64,000 nucleotides of DNA from Octopus vulgaris (taxonomy: Eukaryota). The translations under genes and the position numbers were made by a program. Where the stretch lies: contig OX597815.1 in NCBI GenBank assembly GCA_951406725.2, positions 41,974,001-42,038,000 of the forward strand, given 5' to 3'. The notes beneath the pieces are model-generated. The model did no database searches. It was not told the origin of the DNA and worked only from the letters and a program-made list of their open reading frames with translations. The number at the start of each line of letters is the position of its first letter. The first letter of the stretch is position 1. This document shows, piece by piece, positions 39,136 to 51,513 of this stretch.

Positions 39136-40189
39136 ATTTACATCTGCTGAGTTATTAATATCAATATTGTTATGGATTCTATATGTCATAAAAATCCCAA
39201 TTTTGCAATAATTTCAGTCCGTTGTCTAGCTCATTCTCAAAAATATTTAACATAAACAATCATACTTTTTACTGAAGTTGAGCTGGGGTAAGTACTTTCA
39301 GCGCATGCGCACTCCCGACCTAACCAATCTGATCGCGAAGTATTTGCTTTAGGAATTTTGACATATACATAGGCATAACCAAGATTTGAACTTGGGGTTA
39401 ATTCTCAATTTTAAAATGGACCAATTATTAGCCATCTAATTTAAGAAAAAATTAAAATGAACGTGAGGCAATCATTACATTTGCATGAAACTGCAGGGAA
39501 GTTCACCTAAACCTGTCACAAACCTTCCCGCTTGGCTAGGAGAGTAGTGTGGGACAACCGATAATTGATACAGGTAAATTTAACATCGAAATGTGAATAA
39601 GAGAATCGAAAAAACATGGATCTTGCACGAGTTCTGCAATCTTGTGAAACCCTTGTTTGTGGGTTTTTTTCTTTTAGCCTTAGGTCAGCTATGATTAAGG
39701 TATCTCTAATTGAAAGGGTTCAAGCACTGACCTTGCAGTCCTTCCACCACCGCCTCCCCCCAGCTCAAAATAAATACTAAGCAATTTTTAAGATGATAGA
39801 GCAAGGTTTGAAGCAAATTTTCAGATCAAGCGATCACGTTATAAAGAATCTAATCAAAGACGGTGTACTTTTCAGAGCTAAAACTTCGGTTGATAAATAA
39901 TGCTCAACATTGCTTAAATACCTCACATTATAGCACTGCAGTTGTACCACAGTTCGTTCTCCTTTATATCCAACCATGTACAATAAGTACCAGTCATACA
40001 CCACAAGTGATTCAATCAACTCTTATTCATTTCCCAGTAAAATTGTTCAAGGCCGAAAATATAAGAAATCGGCACCACACTACTACATACAACTTGCATG
40101 ACACGCAATATTTGTTTCACCTGTCTCATTTCTGTGTTGAACTCTCCATAGGGTCAACTATCTTTCATTTTACCAGCACTAGGCATGTG

Positions 40190-40560
40190 TGAAGGTGCAA
40201 TGGCCCAGTGGTTAGGTCATAGGATCGCGGTTTCGATTCCCAGACCGGGCGTTGTGAGTGTTTATTGAGCGAAAACACCTAAAGCTCCACGAGGCTCCGG
40301 CAGGGATGGTGGTGATCCCTGCTGTACTCTTTCACCACAACTTTCTCTCACTCTTACTTCCTGTTTCTGTTGTACCTGTATTTCAAAGGGCCGGCCTTGT
40401 CACTCTCTGTGTCACGCTGAATATCCCCGAGAACTACGTTAAGGGTACACGTGTCAGTGGAGTGCTCAGCCACGTACACGTTAATTTCACGAGCAGGCTG
40501 TTCCGTTGATTCGGATCAACCGGAACCCTCGTCGTCATAACCGACGGAGTGCTTCCATCC
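40190..40560 (+). mobile_element. Near full-length tRNA-derived SINE, CpG intact
   Basis: TGGCCCAGTGG A box, TTCGATTCC B box; imperfect TSD CAC(T/G)AGGCATGT. Confidence 0.85.
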
Positions 40561-41202
40561 ACGAGGCATGTCTTGGTGTCGAGTCATTCATATTTTTGTT
40601 TAGTCTCAAAGTCAACTCTGATCAAGCAGACATGTAGTCAAAGAGCCTTAAGCCAACAGGTTTTGGGATCTGATCGCCATAAAGCTCAGCCATTTATGGA
40701 CGTGAAACCTAAGATAATCCCATAAACCGGTCATGTTTTGCAATTCGTTTTTCTCGGGTCATAGGTCAACAGCAGCACAATGGGGTGAGAGGTTGGGGCT
40801 GAGGGGAGGCCACATGCTGCTAAAAACTAAGACACACACATAAGGATACACATCTTAGAAGAAGAACAGAATGGAGTAAGTGGAGCAAGAAAACACGGAA
40901 CGAAATATGTCGCTGAAGAGGTCACAGATGTGTGACGAAAGATTTCCGGACAATGGACAGGCATTAAAATTATTACAACAGTAATAAACGAGTGAAGAAA
41001 AGAAAAAATATATAGTGCGTGTGATTATTTGGCAATAAATAAATAAAATGACCATCCCGAAATACAACATATATACACAATCACACACACCAGAGTAAGC
41101 ACATAAATTGTGAAACACGGTGATAAAAAATAGTACTCGAATACCACAGGTAGAGTAATATGCTTTATTATTAAAGCTGCAAAAATATCACACACAAAAA
41201 AA

Positions 41203-41242
41203 ACTGCTACTCAGAGTTTTACGTTCCCGTTCGTCGGGCAGT
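41203..41242 (-). ncRNA. Minimal hammerhead-like motif (paralog of 52572-52609; G12A, probably inactive)
   Basis: ACTGC-CCGACGA-ACG GGAA CGT-AAAA-CTCTGAG-TA-GCAGT; stem I covaries with the 52572 copy. Confidence 0.5.
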
Positions 41243-42372
41243 CGTGATCCACATACACACATATCTATATATGTCCCGTCATAGAATGACCAATGGTTTC
41301 GCATTCATAAAGGGCTTAGTCTCTTGGACGACTCGTTAGATTCTACAGCCGAAGGCCATATAGTTCTTCAAGAATATCAAATATAAATATTCTCAGCCAA
41401 GAGTACGTATGAAATATTGCCATGCTCGAATGATAGCCTTTCATATAGATGGAGATGATAAATTGAACACCGGCTCAATACGGGGACAAATTCAATTGCT
41501 TTTATTCCTAAACGTAAACGTTTTAGCCTTGTGGTAAAATGTATATTACTAGCTGAAAGTGATGGATATGACCAAGTGACTGAGATGTTATTATGTTAAA
41601 CGTTTTGTCTTATTTAATCTAGTCCACCTCCTTTCTAGATTCAAAATTGTTTTTGAGTAGAATTTTTCTTCCATCCATGTTTCGATCAAGAACACTTAGC
41701 GATTCTCATCATAGATAGAGATTAGTTTCTGAAATGTGTGCGTGCGTGTTTCTTTTGAAGGTGAAAATAGCATTAGGAAACATCGAGATCGTTCAAATTT
41801 AACGATAAATCACTGAAAGGGGAAAAAAGCAGAAAAACAAACTGGCATTGTGTTTGGAGATAATTATTAGATGTGCAGTGGAGTGATAGAAACGATAGAG
41901 CCCTGAACATAAAGCCTAACAATATTCAGTATCATTCCTCAACACTTTGAATTAAAATCTTCGAGTTCGCTTTTCATTCATCAAGGGTTAGTAAATTACT
42001 AGAGAAGAGCTGAGAATATTTAAGTCATTTATAAACTTTCCTTGTATATTTGTAGTCCTCATTAATACACAAACCCTTTTACTATCAATGAATCTTTCGA
42101 CTTTTACAAATGCCATGTGGAATTGTGTAAACAACGGAAATTTGTAAAAAGAAGGAGAGAGAAAAGGATTCAGAATGATGCTATAACAGATTCATACCAA
42201 TAAAAAAACGGCCGTTTATTCGTCTTTTCACCTGCTCTATTTGGCGGTGGTGAGGAAGACGAAAACCCCACCAAATGAGCCTATTTAACAAATCTTGAAA
42301 GTGTATGAAAAAAACAAACAAACGAACGTATATAAATATAAGAATAACCTTGAGAAAAATTTTTACGTGGCA

Positions 42373-42855
42373 ATTAACGGTGGAATTCTGGTTTAAGCAA
42401 CCCATATAACCCCACATAACTTTGGTTAACTATTTAAATTTTTTTTTTGCGAATTTGTGTTACACACGGAAATTCATACGATTATGCAAAAAAGCAAAAA
42501 AAAAGAAATTGCGTGATTTAAGGGTTATTTAGCCGTTATTTTTAGCACATCTCACGACCACCTGATACCCCCCTACTCGTTTGTCACTGACGTATTGATG
42601 TTTTTCAATATCTTTCTCCCCGTACACATTTAATTGTCTATTGCTGCTATTTAAGCAAAAATTTCGGACTGTCCGTATAAGCGATTTTTTAAAAAAAATT
42701 CGAAAAATTAAAAAACAAATTTTTTTTTTCATAGTCGTATGAATTCCCGTGTGTAGAATGCAAATACGCAAAAAAATGTTTCTGAAAATTCTAAAAAATA
42801 AAAAAAGTTACGAAGGGTTATATGGGGTACTTAAAGTAGAATTCCGCCCAATTAA
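42373..42855. mobile_element. MITE-like element with ~140-bp imperfect terminal inverted repeats
   Basis: GGAATTCT..TTTAAG..CCCATATAACCC..TAACTT..ACACACGGAAATTCATACGA versus its reverse complement at 42700-42855; TTAA near both ends. Confidence 0.7.
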
Positions 42856-43116
42856 CAAATTTGCTGAATGTCAATATTATGGGTACATTATGTACATGTC
42901 AATATGGCTTAGTGAGTCACCCACTGATGGATACTCGTCATAGGTGAATACACACAAACATATATGTGCAGGTGTGTGTATACAAACACTTAGTTAATTT
43001 ATTGTTCATTTTGTGATGTTGCATGCATTAAATATGGAAAGACAAACTTAACAGAGACAGTACACGCACACACAAAATTCACTAAGCTGTTTAACTACAA
43101 TAAAGGACTTCTTTAC

Positions 43117-43263
43117 CTTATTTTCAAGATCCTCTTTTAAGCAACAGAGATTCTTGTAGATATTTTCAACATTCCGCAGCGATCTAATATCGTCGCCAAA
43201 TTCTCTATTAAGGAAATCGATCGTGTTATTATCCACGTCGTCCTCTTCGCTGGGGGCCGCCAT
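43117..43263 (-). CDS. RINT1: RINT1 coding exon 1 (MAAPSEEDD...KEDLENK, 49 codons)
   Basis: AAAATGG start context; donor AAG|GTAAAG; ends phase 0 and joins exon 2 in frame; CpG-rich surroundings. Confidence 0.85.
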
Positions 43264-43460
43264 TTTTATATATATATTTATATATATAGTAGATAGCCGC
43301 ACATGAGTGAGTGAGTGTGAGGTAAAAATGAAAGAGATTGTAGCAGTTGTGATATATATTATGTAGACGTGCAAAAATAGATGAAGGCAGGACAAAAATT
43401 AATGTTCTTCAAGGGAGATAACTTGGAATTAAAGTCTACGTCACTTTTGACAATATGGTC
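43264..43460 (-). promoter_or_regulatory. Probable RINT1 5'UTR and core promoter
   Basis: YY1-like AAAATGGCG overlaps the ATG; CRE-like TGACGTA at 43437-43443; AAGGGAGATAACT at 43411-43423 (+ strand); locally CpG-retaining. The TSS cannot be determined from sequence. Confidence 0.5.
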
Positions 43461-46089
43461 CTTTTTCTGTAGTAATGCCCTCCTCCTTTTTTTTTTATAC
43501 GTGTGCTGTACACAATATTATGAACTGTTCCATTTGTTATAAGACTTCCTATACATGCACTGCTTTTCACTTTGAAATGTAAACATGAAGCTTTATTGTC
43601 AACAGGGTTCCAAAGTTCTTAACTCGTGTCTTTATATATGTGCACATATATATATATATATTTATATATATATTTATCCATAGCCGTACTTTCGTAAAAT
43701 GGAAATTATTGTGCGGTACCATTACATATATCTCTTTTGTTGACATATTTTACTTTAGCGAGCATTTCCACATAGATATTTTGAAATAAACGCTTATAAA
43801 ACGACAGACTATGAAAAAAATGTGTCGCTGTTAGGTTGATTCGAGTAAAAATTTCAAATAAATAAAAAGAACAGACGATAAAAGTTATTGTTTAAAACTG
43901 AATTACCTCACTATATCTAAAATAAGATTTAGCATTCCAGAGTGCAGTTAAGACATTCAAGCTTAATAAGTAATATAGTGAGTTGAGAAAATTTTTCAAA
44001 CAGGCCATGTCTGGCCCAAATATTGTTCCTGTTTTATGTTCAAACTAGTCAGATCTTGCCTTTCACACTTAACCTACAATGTCATTCTAAAAATATACAA
44101 TAACATAGTTCTATATTTAAGAGATGTGGAATTATGTACATTATTTACAGGATGAGGACAAATATCCGTCAATTGTAAATAATATAAATAATATACAATA
44201 ACATCATCGAAATCTCCAAGCTAAGGGAATAGGCATGATTAATTAAAATAATGTAAATAAACAGGCATTACATCCGACAGGGTAATCTGAATACGGAAGG
44301 GTCAACTGATTATCTCTACAGTGAATAAAACGCTTCAAATATAAAAAAAACAAAACGAAGTATGATTCTTATAATATTAGCTAAGCATATTTTCAGAAAA
44401 TAAATTTCATACAGATGGGAATGGATCTTCTCTTTAAAGTCAACTGTTGAAAGCAACAGACATGTTTTGATCTTATTAGAGCTCTTCAGCTCAGTTGACA
44501 ATATTTAGATGTGATTAATATACATAGAAAATTTGATAGAATGTGGTTATGCTTTAAAGCCAAGATCTACTCCCGTCTACAAAACGGGATTGTTTAGTAG
44601 ATGATGCTGTTTCTCATCTAATCCTGGCTCAATTAGATGCATACACCCAACTTAGGGTTTGAAACTTGAGAAATGAGAAAGTAAAAGCCAGAATCTTTCT
44701 TGTTTCTTTGATGACTTATGACCATTCAATGACCCACACACAACTGGGACTTCTTTATATCAACGAAATTGTGAATGGTTTCTTTGAAATTATACAGCAA
44801 GAGTAGTATATTTCAGACATGCAAATGTCAAATTATTATATTTCTCTCGTTTTTCCTCTTTGTAAATGAAACCACCTTTTCGGCATCCACTTTATAAGAC
44901 AGTAATACATATTGGAATAGTGCAACTGTCAAAAGATTTGTAGGCCTCTAAACTTTACATTCATTTATTTATTTATTTATTTTTGAAGAGTTTAAGATAG
45001 AAGGGGCTGTGCCTTGGACTTTTGCAGGCCCTTCAAAACTGGTGAGGTTGATGAAGATGAAGTTCACCTTAAGCATCTGTGAATCAAAAACTGAAAGGAA
45101 AATGTGGGCAAGAAAGGAATTCCAGAGGACTGATATTATGGGAAGGAAGAAGGCAGTGAGCTGGCAGAATCATTAGCATGCTGGGCAAAATGCTTAGCAG
45201 CATTTCATCTGCCTTTACATTCTGAGTTCAAATTCTGCTGAGGTTGATTTTTGCCTTTTATCCTCTCGGAGTTGATAAAATAAGTACCAGTTGAACACCA
45301 GGGTTAATATAATTGACTTCTTCCCTCTCCCAAACTTGCCGGCCTTGTGCCAAAGTTTGAAACCCATATTATGATAAGGGAGGGTTTAGCGTAGTGTTCA
45401 CTTGTAAAACTTAATTTCATTTATCTTAGTACTGAAGAAAGCCTTTTAACAGTCATTAGATTCTTATACATGAAGAGATTTTTTCGCCTTTACCTTTCTA
45501 TGCATACAAATGTTTGTTCACTTGGTGTATGCATAAAAATATTTATATCCAAATATACATACACCCTCCACACACACACACACACACACACCAGTATGGA
45601 CATATATATGTATACACATTTATATATCCATATATATCTTGAGAAGACCCATCAAGCCAAGTGAAATCACAGTTGTGGCTAATGCCAGTGTCACGTAACT
45701 GACACTTGTGCTGGTGGCATGTAAAAAGCACCCTTTGCTCATTGGGTGATATGCTGTGCTTGAGAAGACCTGTCAAGCCAAGTGAGATTGTAGTTGTTGC
45801 CGATGCTGGTGGTTTGCAACTGGCACTCATGCTGGTGGAACATGAAAAGCACCCACTGCACTCTTGGAATGTTTGGCACTAGGAAGGGCATCCAGCTGTA
45901 GAAACCATGCCAAATTAGATTAGAATCCTGGTGCAGCTCCCCATCTTACCAGTTTTCAGTCAAACCATCCAACCCATGCCAGCATGGAAAACGGATACTA
46001 AATGATGATGATGATGATATATATATGTAGAATGTTGGAAAGCGACACATGAGTTGATATGTATAAGGAAAATATGGTTAGTACTGGTT

Positions 46090-48880
46090 TCTGTCTTTTC
46101 GACTTTTTCAACAAAGAGTGACTAAGTAACTCTTTATTGAAGAAGTCAACCTACCCTCTGTAGACTGGTCCACTAATATTGTTAGACCAGGAACCTTCAC
46201 CTCAAGCTTAGACAAAGCAGCAGTGGAGTTACTTTTTAAATTTATGGTTAATTTTTTCCTGTCACAACTTGTCCATGAACCAACCAGAAATAACCAAAAT
46301 GTTTTGGACCTAGTGCTAAGCAACCATGCTAACACTATTCATAACATCACAGTGGAAAGAACCCTCCTCTCCGATCATGACATAGTTACTCTGTAACCTC
46401 AATCTTCAACATCCAAAAATTTGGCATAAATCACTAACTCCAGTACACCCATTTGATAACATGAATTTACACAAGTCAAACTGGAGTGTGATCACTCAAG
46501 ACTTGTCACAAGTGGATTGGTCCTTCACCCTTGCTTCCTCCAATACCACAGCAAACACAAATGCATGGCAATTATTTTAGGACACAGTCACCCACATATG
46601 CTCAAAACACACACCCTCACAACTCATAAACAACAGTAGGTGCAGGATTCCAAAACAGAGAAAAGTGCTCACCAGGAGAATAAAAAGAATAAACTGAAAA
46701 ATCAATACTCTAAAGTACCTATTTCTTTACTACCCACAAGGGGCTAAACACATAGAGGACAAACAAAGACAGACAAATGGATTAAGTAGATTATATCGAC
46801 CCCAGTGCGTAACTGGTACTTAATTTATCGACCCCGAAAGGATGAAAGGTAAAGTTGACCTTGGCGGAATTTGAACTCAGAACGTAATGGCAGATGAAAT
46901 ACAGCTATGCATTTCGCCCGCTGTGCTAACGTTTCTGCCAGCTTGCCACCTTAATACTCTAAAATACCACCATCAGCATCACCTCCAATTAAGAACATTA
47001 ACAATCTTGGAATCAAGGAAGCAACAACTGCAGGACTGTATAAGAACTCTCATAAACAACCAAAGAGCTGCAGAGGAAGCCTGGGATATTAAAAACATCA
47101 AGAATAATCCTAAGGTCTTTTACTCAAAAACACATAGGACCACAGTTTCCTCTATCAGCCCACTGGGTGATGGAAATGGCATCCTTCACAGTGATGCCAA
47201 AGACATGGCTGAGATCCTGCAAAATCAATACTGCTCTGTCTTCAGTGACCTTGATTCAGTTGACTCAAGCAGCTTTGCTTCTTTGAATCCTCAACATGTC
47301 CTTTCTGACATAATCTTTGATGCCACTGATATCCTAGCAGCAATAAAAGAAATCAAACCTGATTCAGCAGTGAGTCTAGACAGGTTCCCTGCTTGAGTGC
47401 TGAAGGAATGCACACAGCAACTTGCAGCTCCTCTTTAAAAGGGGGAATTAATCACTCCCTGTGAACTACCGTCCAGTCTCACTCACCTCACATATCATCA
47501 AAATATTTGAGAGAGTGTTGAGATAAAGAATAACAGCCTTCCTTGAACAAAATCATCTCCTAAATTATAACCAGCATGGCTTTCGTGGTGGAAGGGACTG
47601 TCTAACAGCTCCACTGCTTTCATGACATCTTAAATGCACTGAGTGAGAGCTCCAACATGGGTGTGATTTCAGCAAGGCCTTTGACTGAGTTGACCACAAT
47701 ATACTGGTAAAAATACTATCCAATGCTTGAGTCGGTGGAAAGTTACTTCAATGGATTAGGTATTTCTTAACAAACAGAACCCAGCATGTTGTGATTGATG
47801 GCATCCACTCAAGACCAGCAAAAGTCATCAGTGAAGTCTCTCAGGGTACTGTGCTGGGTCCACTTCTTTTTATTGTCTGTATCAATGAATTTGCAGATTC
47901 TATTGAACATAGCACCATAAAGATATTTACAGATGACACTAAGCTCCAGAAAGTCATTAAGGGAGCATATGATCAAACAATGCTTCAATTGGACTTATGT
48001 GCAGTAACCCAGTGGGCACAAAAAAAACAATATGCAGTTGAACAAAGAAAAATTTGAGCTCATCCACTTTGGAAGAGAGGACATACTCAAACAACCAATA
48101 TACACTACTGTTGGGAGACCTACTTGAACCGTTGGATAATATAAGAGATTTAAGTGTAACTGTCGACAGCAACCTTAGCTGGAGTGTGCACATCAACAAA
48201 AAAGTTGATACTGCCTGCAGAATGTGCTCATGGATCCTCAGAACTTTCCAATCTAGGGATCATGAAACCATCATCCTTCTCTTCTCCACATTCGCTGCCC
48301 TTTGTGGTCTCTCTACAAAAAACAAGACATAATGAAGATCAAAGCACCACAAAGATCAATCACAAAAAGAAAATAAATGGCATGATGGGACTTGATTATT
48401 GGGCTTGACTTAAACAGCTGAAGCTCTATTCTCTACAATGCTGCCATGAGGAAATCATTATTTGCACCACGTGGAAAATATTCCACCAATATTATCCAAA
48501 TGATATTGGTATTATGTTTACAATTCACCCAAGACTAGGCACCTGTGCAATGCGTCCCCTACAAACATCAAGATCACATCACATAAGAACATCGCGATAC
48601 AAGTTCTTCACTGCCAATGGTCCTATACTTTTCAATGTTACCCCGAAAGAAATTAAAGTTGAAAAAGACCTCGCAATTTTCAAATGGTACCTGGACAAAT
48701 TCCCCCAGGAAAAACTGGATAAACCACCTACATCTGGATACATCTCAACTAACAACAACTCTCTGCTTGTGTGGTTCATGGTGTTCCGAAATAATTAGCT
48801 AAAAGACTTTTCCAGGTGGTGCTACTGAGTTAGCCATGGCCTGGGCCGATAATGGCCAAAACCAATCTAAGTTATCTAAG
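46090..48880 (+). mobile_element. Decayed CR1-group LINE (endonuclease end, RT, 3'UTR) interrupted by a SINE at 46720-46952
   Basis: NVLDLVL and SDHDIV (endonuclease C-terminus); NQHGFR, QGTVLGPLLF, FTDDTKL (RT); many stops and frameshifts. The SINE is flanked by the 16-bp TSD AATACTCTAAA(G/A)TACC. Confidence 0.92.
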
Positions 48881-49068
48881 CTACATATATATATATATAT
48901 ATAACAATAAAGGGTAAAATTAATTAATTAATAATTAATTAATTAATAATTAATAATTTTACCAAGTAGTTCGGTATGTTAAAAGAACCATTATCGCTAA
49001 ACTTAAACAAAAACTTTTATAATTATGAGTATAATTATAATTAGGGTTCAGCAAAAATTTGCTTCACC

Positions 49069-49100
<32 letters not shown>

Positions 49101-49893
49101 ATATATATATATGTGTGTGTATCAGAATCGAAATCGATGAATGGAAATCGATCAATGGAAATTGCAGATGTGTTACCAGTGCCGGTGGCATGTAAGAGAA
49201 CCTTCCGTTTCGTGACCGTTGCCAGCACCGCCCCGTTTCGTGTCCGTTACCAGCCTCGCCTGGCTCTCGTGCCGGTGGCACATAAAAAGCACCATCCATT
49301 CGTGGCCGTTTGCCAGCTCTGTCTGGCACCTGTGCGGGTGGCACGTAAAAAGCACCCACTACACTCTCGGAGTGGTTGGCGTTAGGAAGGGCATCCAGCC
49401 GTAGAAACACTGCCAGATTTGACTGGGCCTGATGAAGCCTTCTGGCTTCACAGACCCCAGTAGAACCGTCCAACCCATGCTAGCATGGAAAACAGACGCT
49501 AAACGATGATGATGATGATGATGATGATATATATATATAATGAGATAGGGGTTGAAAATTCAACCCACCATGGGATAACATATATCCAATATACATCTAA
49601 TGGTTGATGTTTGATTGATTTAAGTATGTTTCTCCATTTTCTAATTTTGTATATATATATATATATATATATACTTATATATGTATACATGTATACATAC
49701 ACACACACATATATATATAGTTGAAATTTATAGAAAAACAAAAGACAGAGACAGGTGTATGAACAACAAGCAAGTGTATCTTGGGAAAATGGAAAAGTCT
49801 TTTACGTTTCAAGCCTATGCTCTTCAACAGAAAGGAATAAGAGAAAATAAACAGAGAGAATGAAAAAACACTTGTAGATTTCAGTGGTCCAGC

Positions 49894-49924
<31 letters not shown>

Positions 49925-50399
49925 CATGTGTGTAATGTATATATTTACATGTGTATAAGGTAAAGTATAAATAATGGTCATCAAATATTTTTCCTTTATT
50001 GGAGTAAGTTTGACATACAGCTGTTTCCAGTAGTCCTTATAGATTTGTTACTGATAGGTTTTTCAATTGGTATATTGATCAGTGAGAAAAGTTGAATGAC
50101 CTAGAAAATTAATGCTACTTTTGTTAGAGCCATTTCTTGTAATATATCTCTCTGTGTAAAAACCAGTTTGACTGGAACACTACCACAGATTTACAATATA
50201 GAAAGGTGTTGAACTATAACCTCGGACCCTGCCATGGAATGTTTGGAGATCTTTACTAATCTAAATAATATTGTTAGCCTGGTGTGCTAAGAGAGAGCTT
50301 ATGAAGTATTTTGCCTGGACTGATAATCCCTCAGCAATAAATCTATGCATGTGTATATATATATATTTAAAAGAAAGTAAGAAAATGAGTGGCTGTGTG

Positions 50400-50812
50400 G
50401 AGGCGCAGGAGTGGCTGTGTGGTAAGTAGCTTGCTTACCAACCACATGGTTCCGGGTTCAGTCCCACTGCGTGGCATCTTGGGCAAGTGTCTTCTGCTAT
50501 AGCCCCGGGCCGACCAATGCCTTGTGAGTGGATTTGGTAGACGGAAACTGAAAGAAGCCTGTCGTATATATGTATATATATATATATATGTGTGTGTGTG
50601 TTTGTGTGTCTGTGTTTGTCCCTCTAGCATTGCTTGACAACCGATGCTGGTGTGTTTACGTCCCCGTCACTTAGCGGTTCGGCAAAAGAGACCGATAGAA
50701 TAAGTACTGGGCTTACAAAGAATAATTTCGGGGGTCGATTTGCTCGACTAAAGGCGGTGCTCCAGCATGGCCGCAGTCAAATGACTGAAACAAGTAAAAG
50801 AGTAAAAAGTAA
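50400..50812 (+). mobile_element. Full-length abundant tRNA-derived SINE (GGCTGTGTGGTAAG head, internal (TA)(TG) tract, CAAGTAAAAGA tail); further copies near 12420, 19830, 20915(-), 21770(-), 22740(-), 31145, 54575(-), 59400, 59790
   Basis: A box TGGCTGTGTGG, B-box-like GGTTCAGTCC; many dispersed copies in the window. Assigning it to a named octopus SINE needs a Repbase/Dfam search. Confidence 0.92.
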
Positions 50813-50814
50813 AA

Positions 50815-50962
50815 GAGAATATAACATTTAACAAAGATTTATTATCTGCAAAATCCCAAACATGCTCACTTACAGCTGTTTCAATTCGGCCTAATTGAAA
50901 CCACTGTAAGGGAGCATGTTTGATTTTTTAAGGTAATAAATTTTTATTAAATGTTATATCTC
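50815..50962. repeat. ~150-bp imperfect palindrome
   Basis: ATAACATTTAA..AAACATGCTC..TTACAG..TTTCAATT cggcct AATTGAAA..CTGTAA..GAGCATGTTT..TTAAATGTTAT. Confidence 0.85.
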
Positions 50963-51341
50963 CCTTTTTCTTACTTTCTCTTGAATGATTATAAACCATG
51001 ATTTATATATAAACCTATTGTTTTATGAATATTATTATTCACAAAAAAATATAAGGTATTAAACCAGTAATTCATTGGATGATACTATCCCTTAATGAGG
51101 ATCCCCGGTCGAACCGTCCAACCCATGCTAGCATGGAGAACGGACGTTAAACGATGATGATGATGATGATGATATATGTATGTATATATATATATATGTG
51201 TGTGTGTATAGCAATAGAGCAATTTAGCCGTTATTTCTAACAATGTAGGTGTTTTTAACACCCTAGTCACATTTAGTGACATTTAATATAATTCTCCTTT
51301 TTGGTGAAACATAGTAACTTGCTGTTTACATTAATTTCTTA

Positions 51342-51389
<48 letters not shown>

Positions 51390-51513
51390 TAAGAGTAAAG
51401 ATAAAATCTATATTTGATTTTATCAGGTAGTCAGCATGTAATAACCAATTAAAATTAAAAATTAATAGAATATATATATATATATATATATAATATATAA
51501 TTTTATAAGTATA

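Noticed and set aside
46887-47396. 169-aa ORF, one of the longest in the window
   Set aside because: An accidental fusion of antisense SINE sequence and a broken LINE ORF2 segment.
50868-50910. GAAACAGCTGTA hammerhead half-motifs (also ~50015-50030 and 54478-54495)
   Set aside because: No CUGANGA or CCGANGA half in the right position; truncated relics, so not called as ribozymes.
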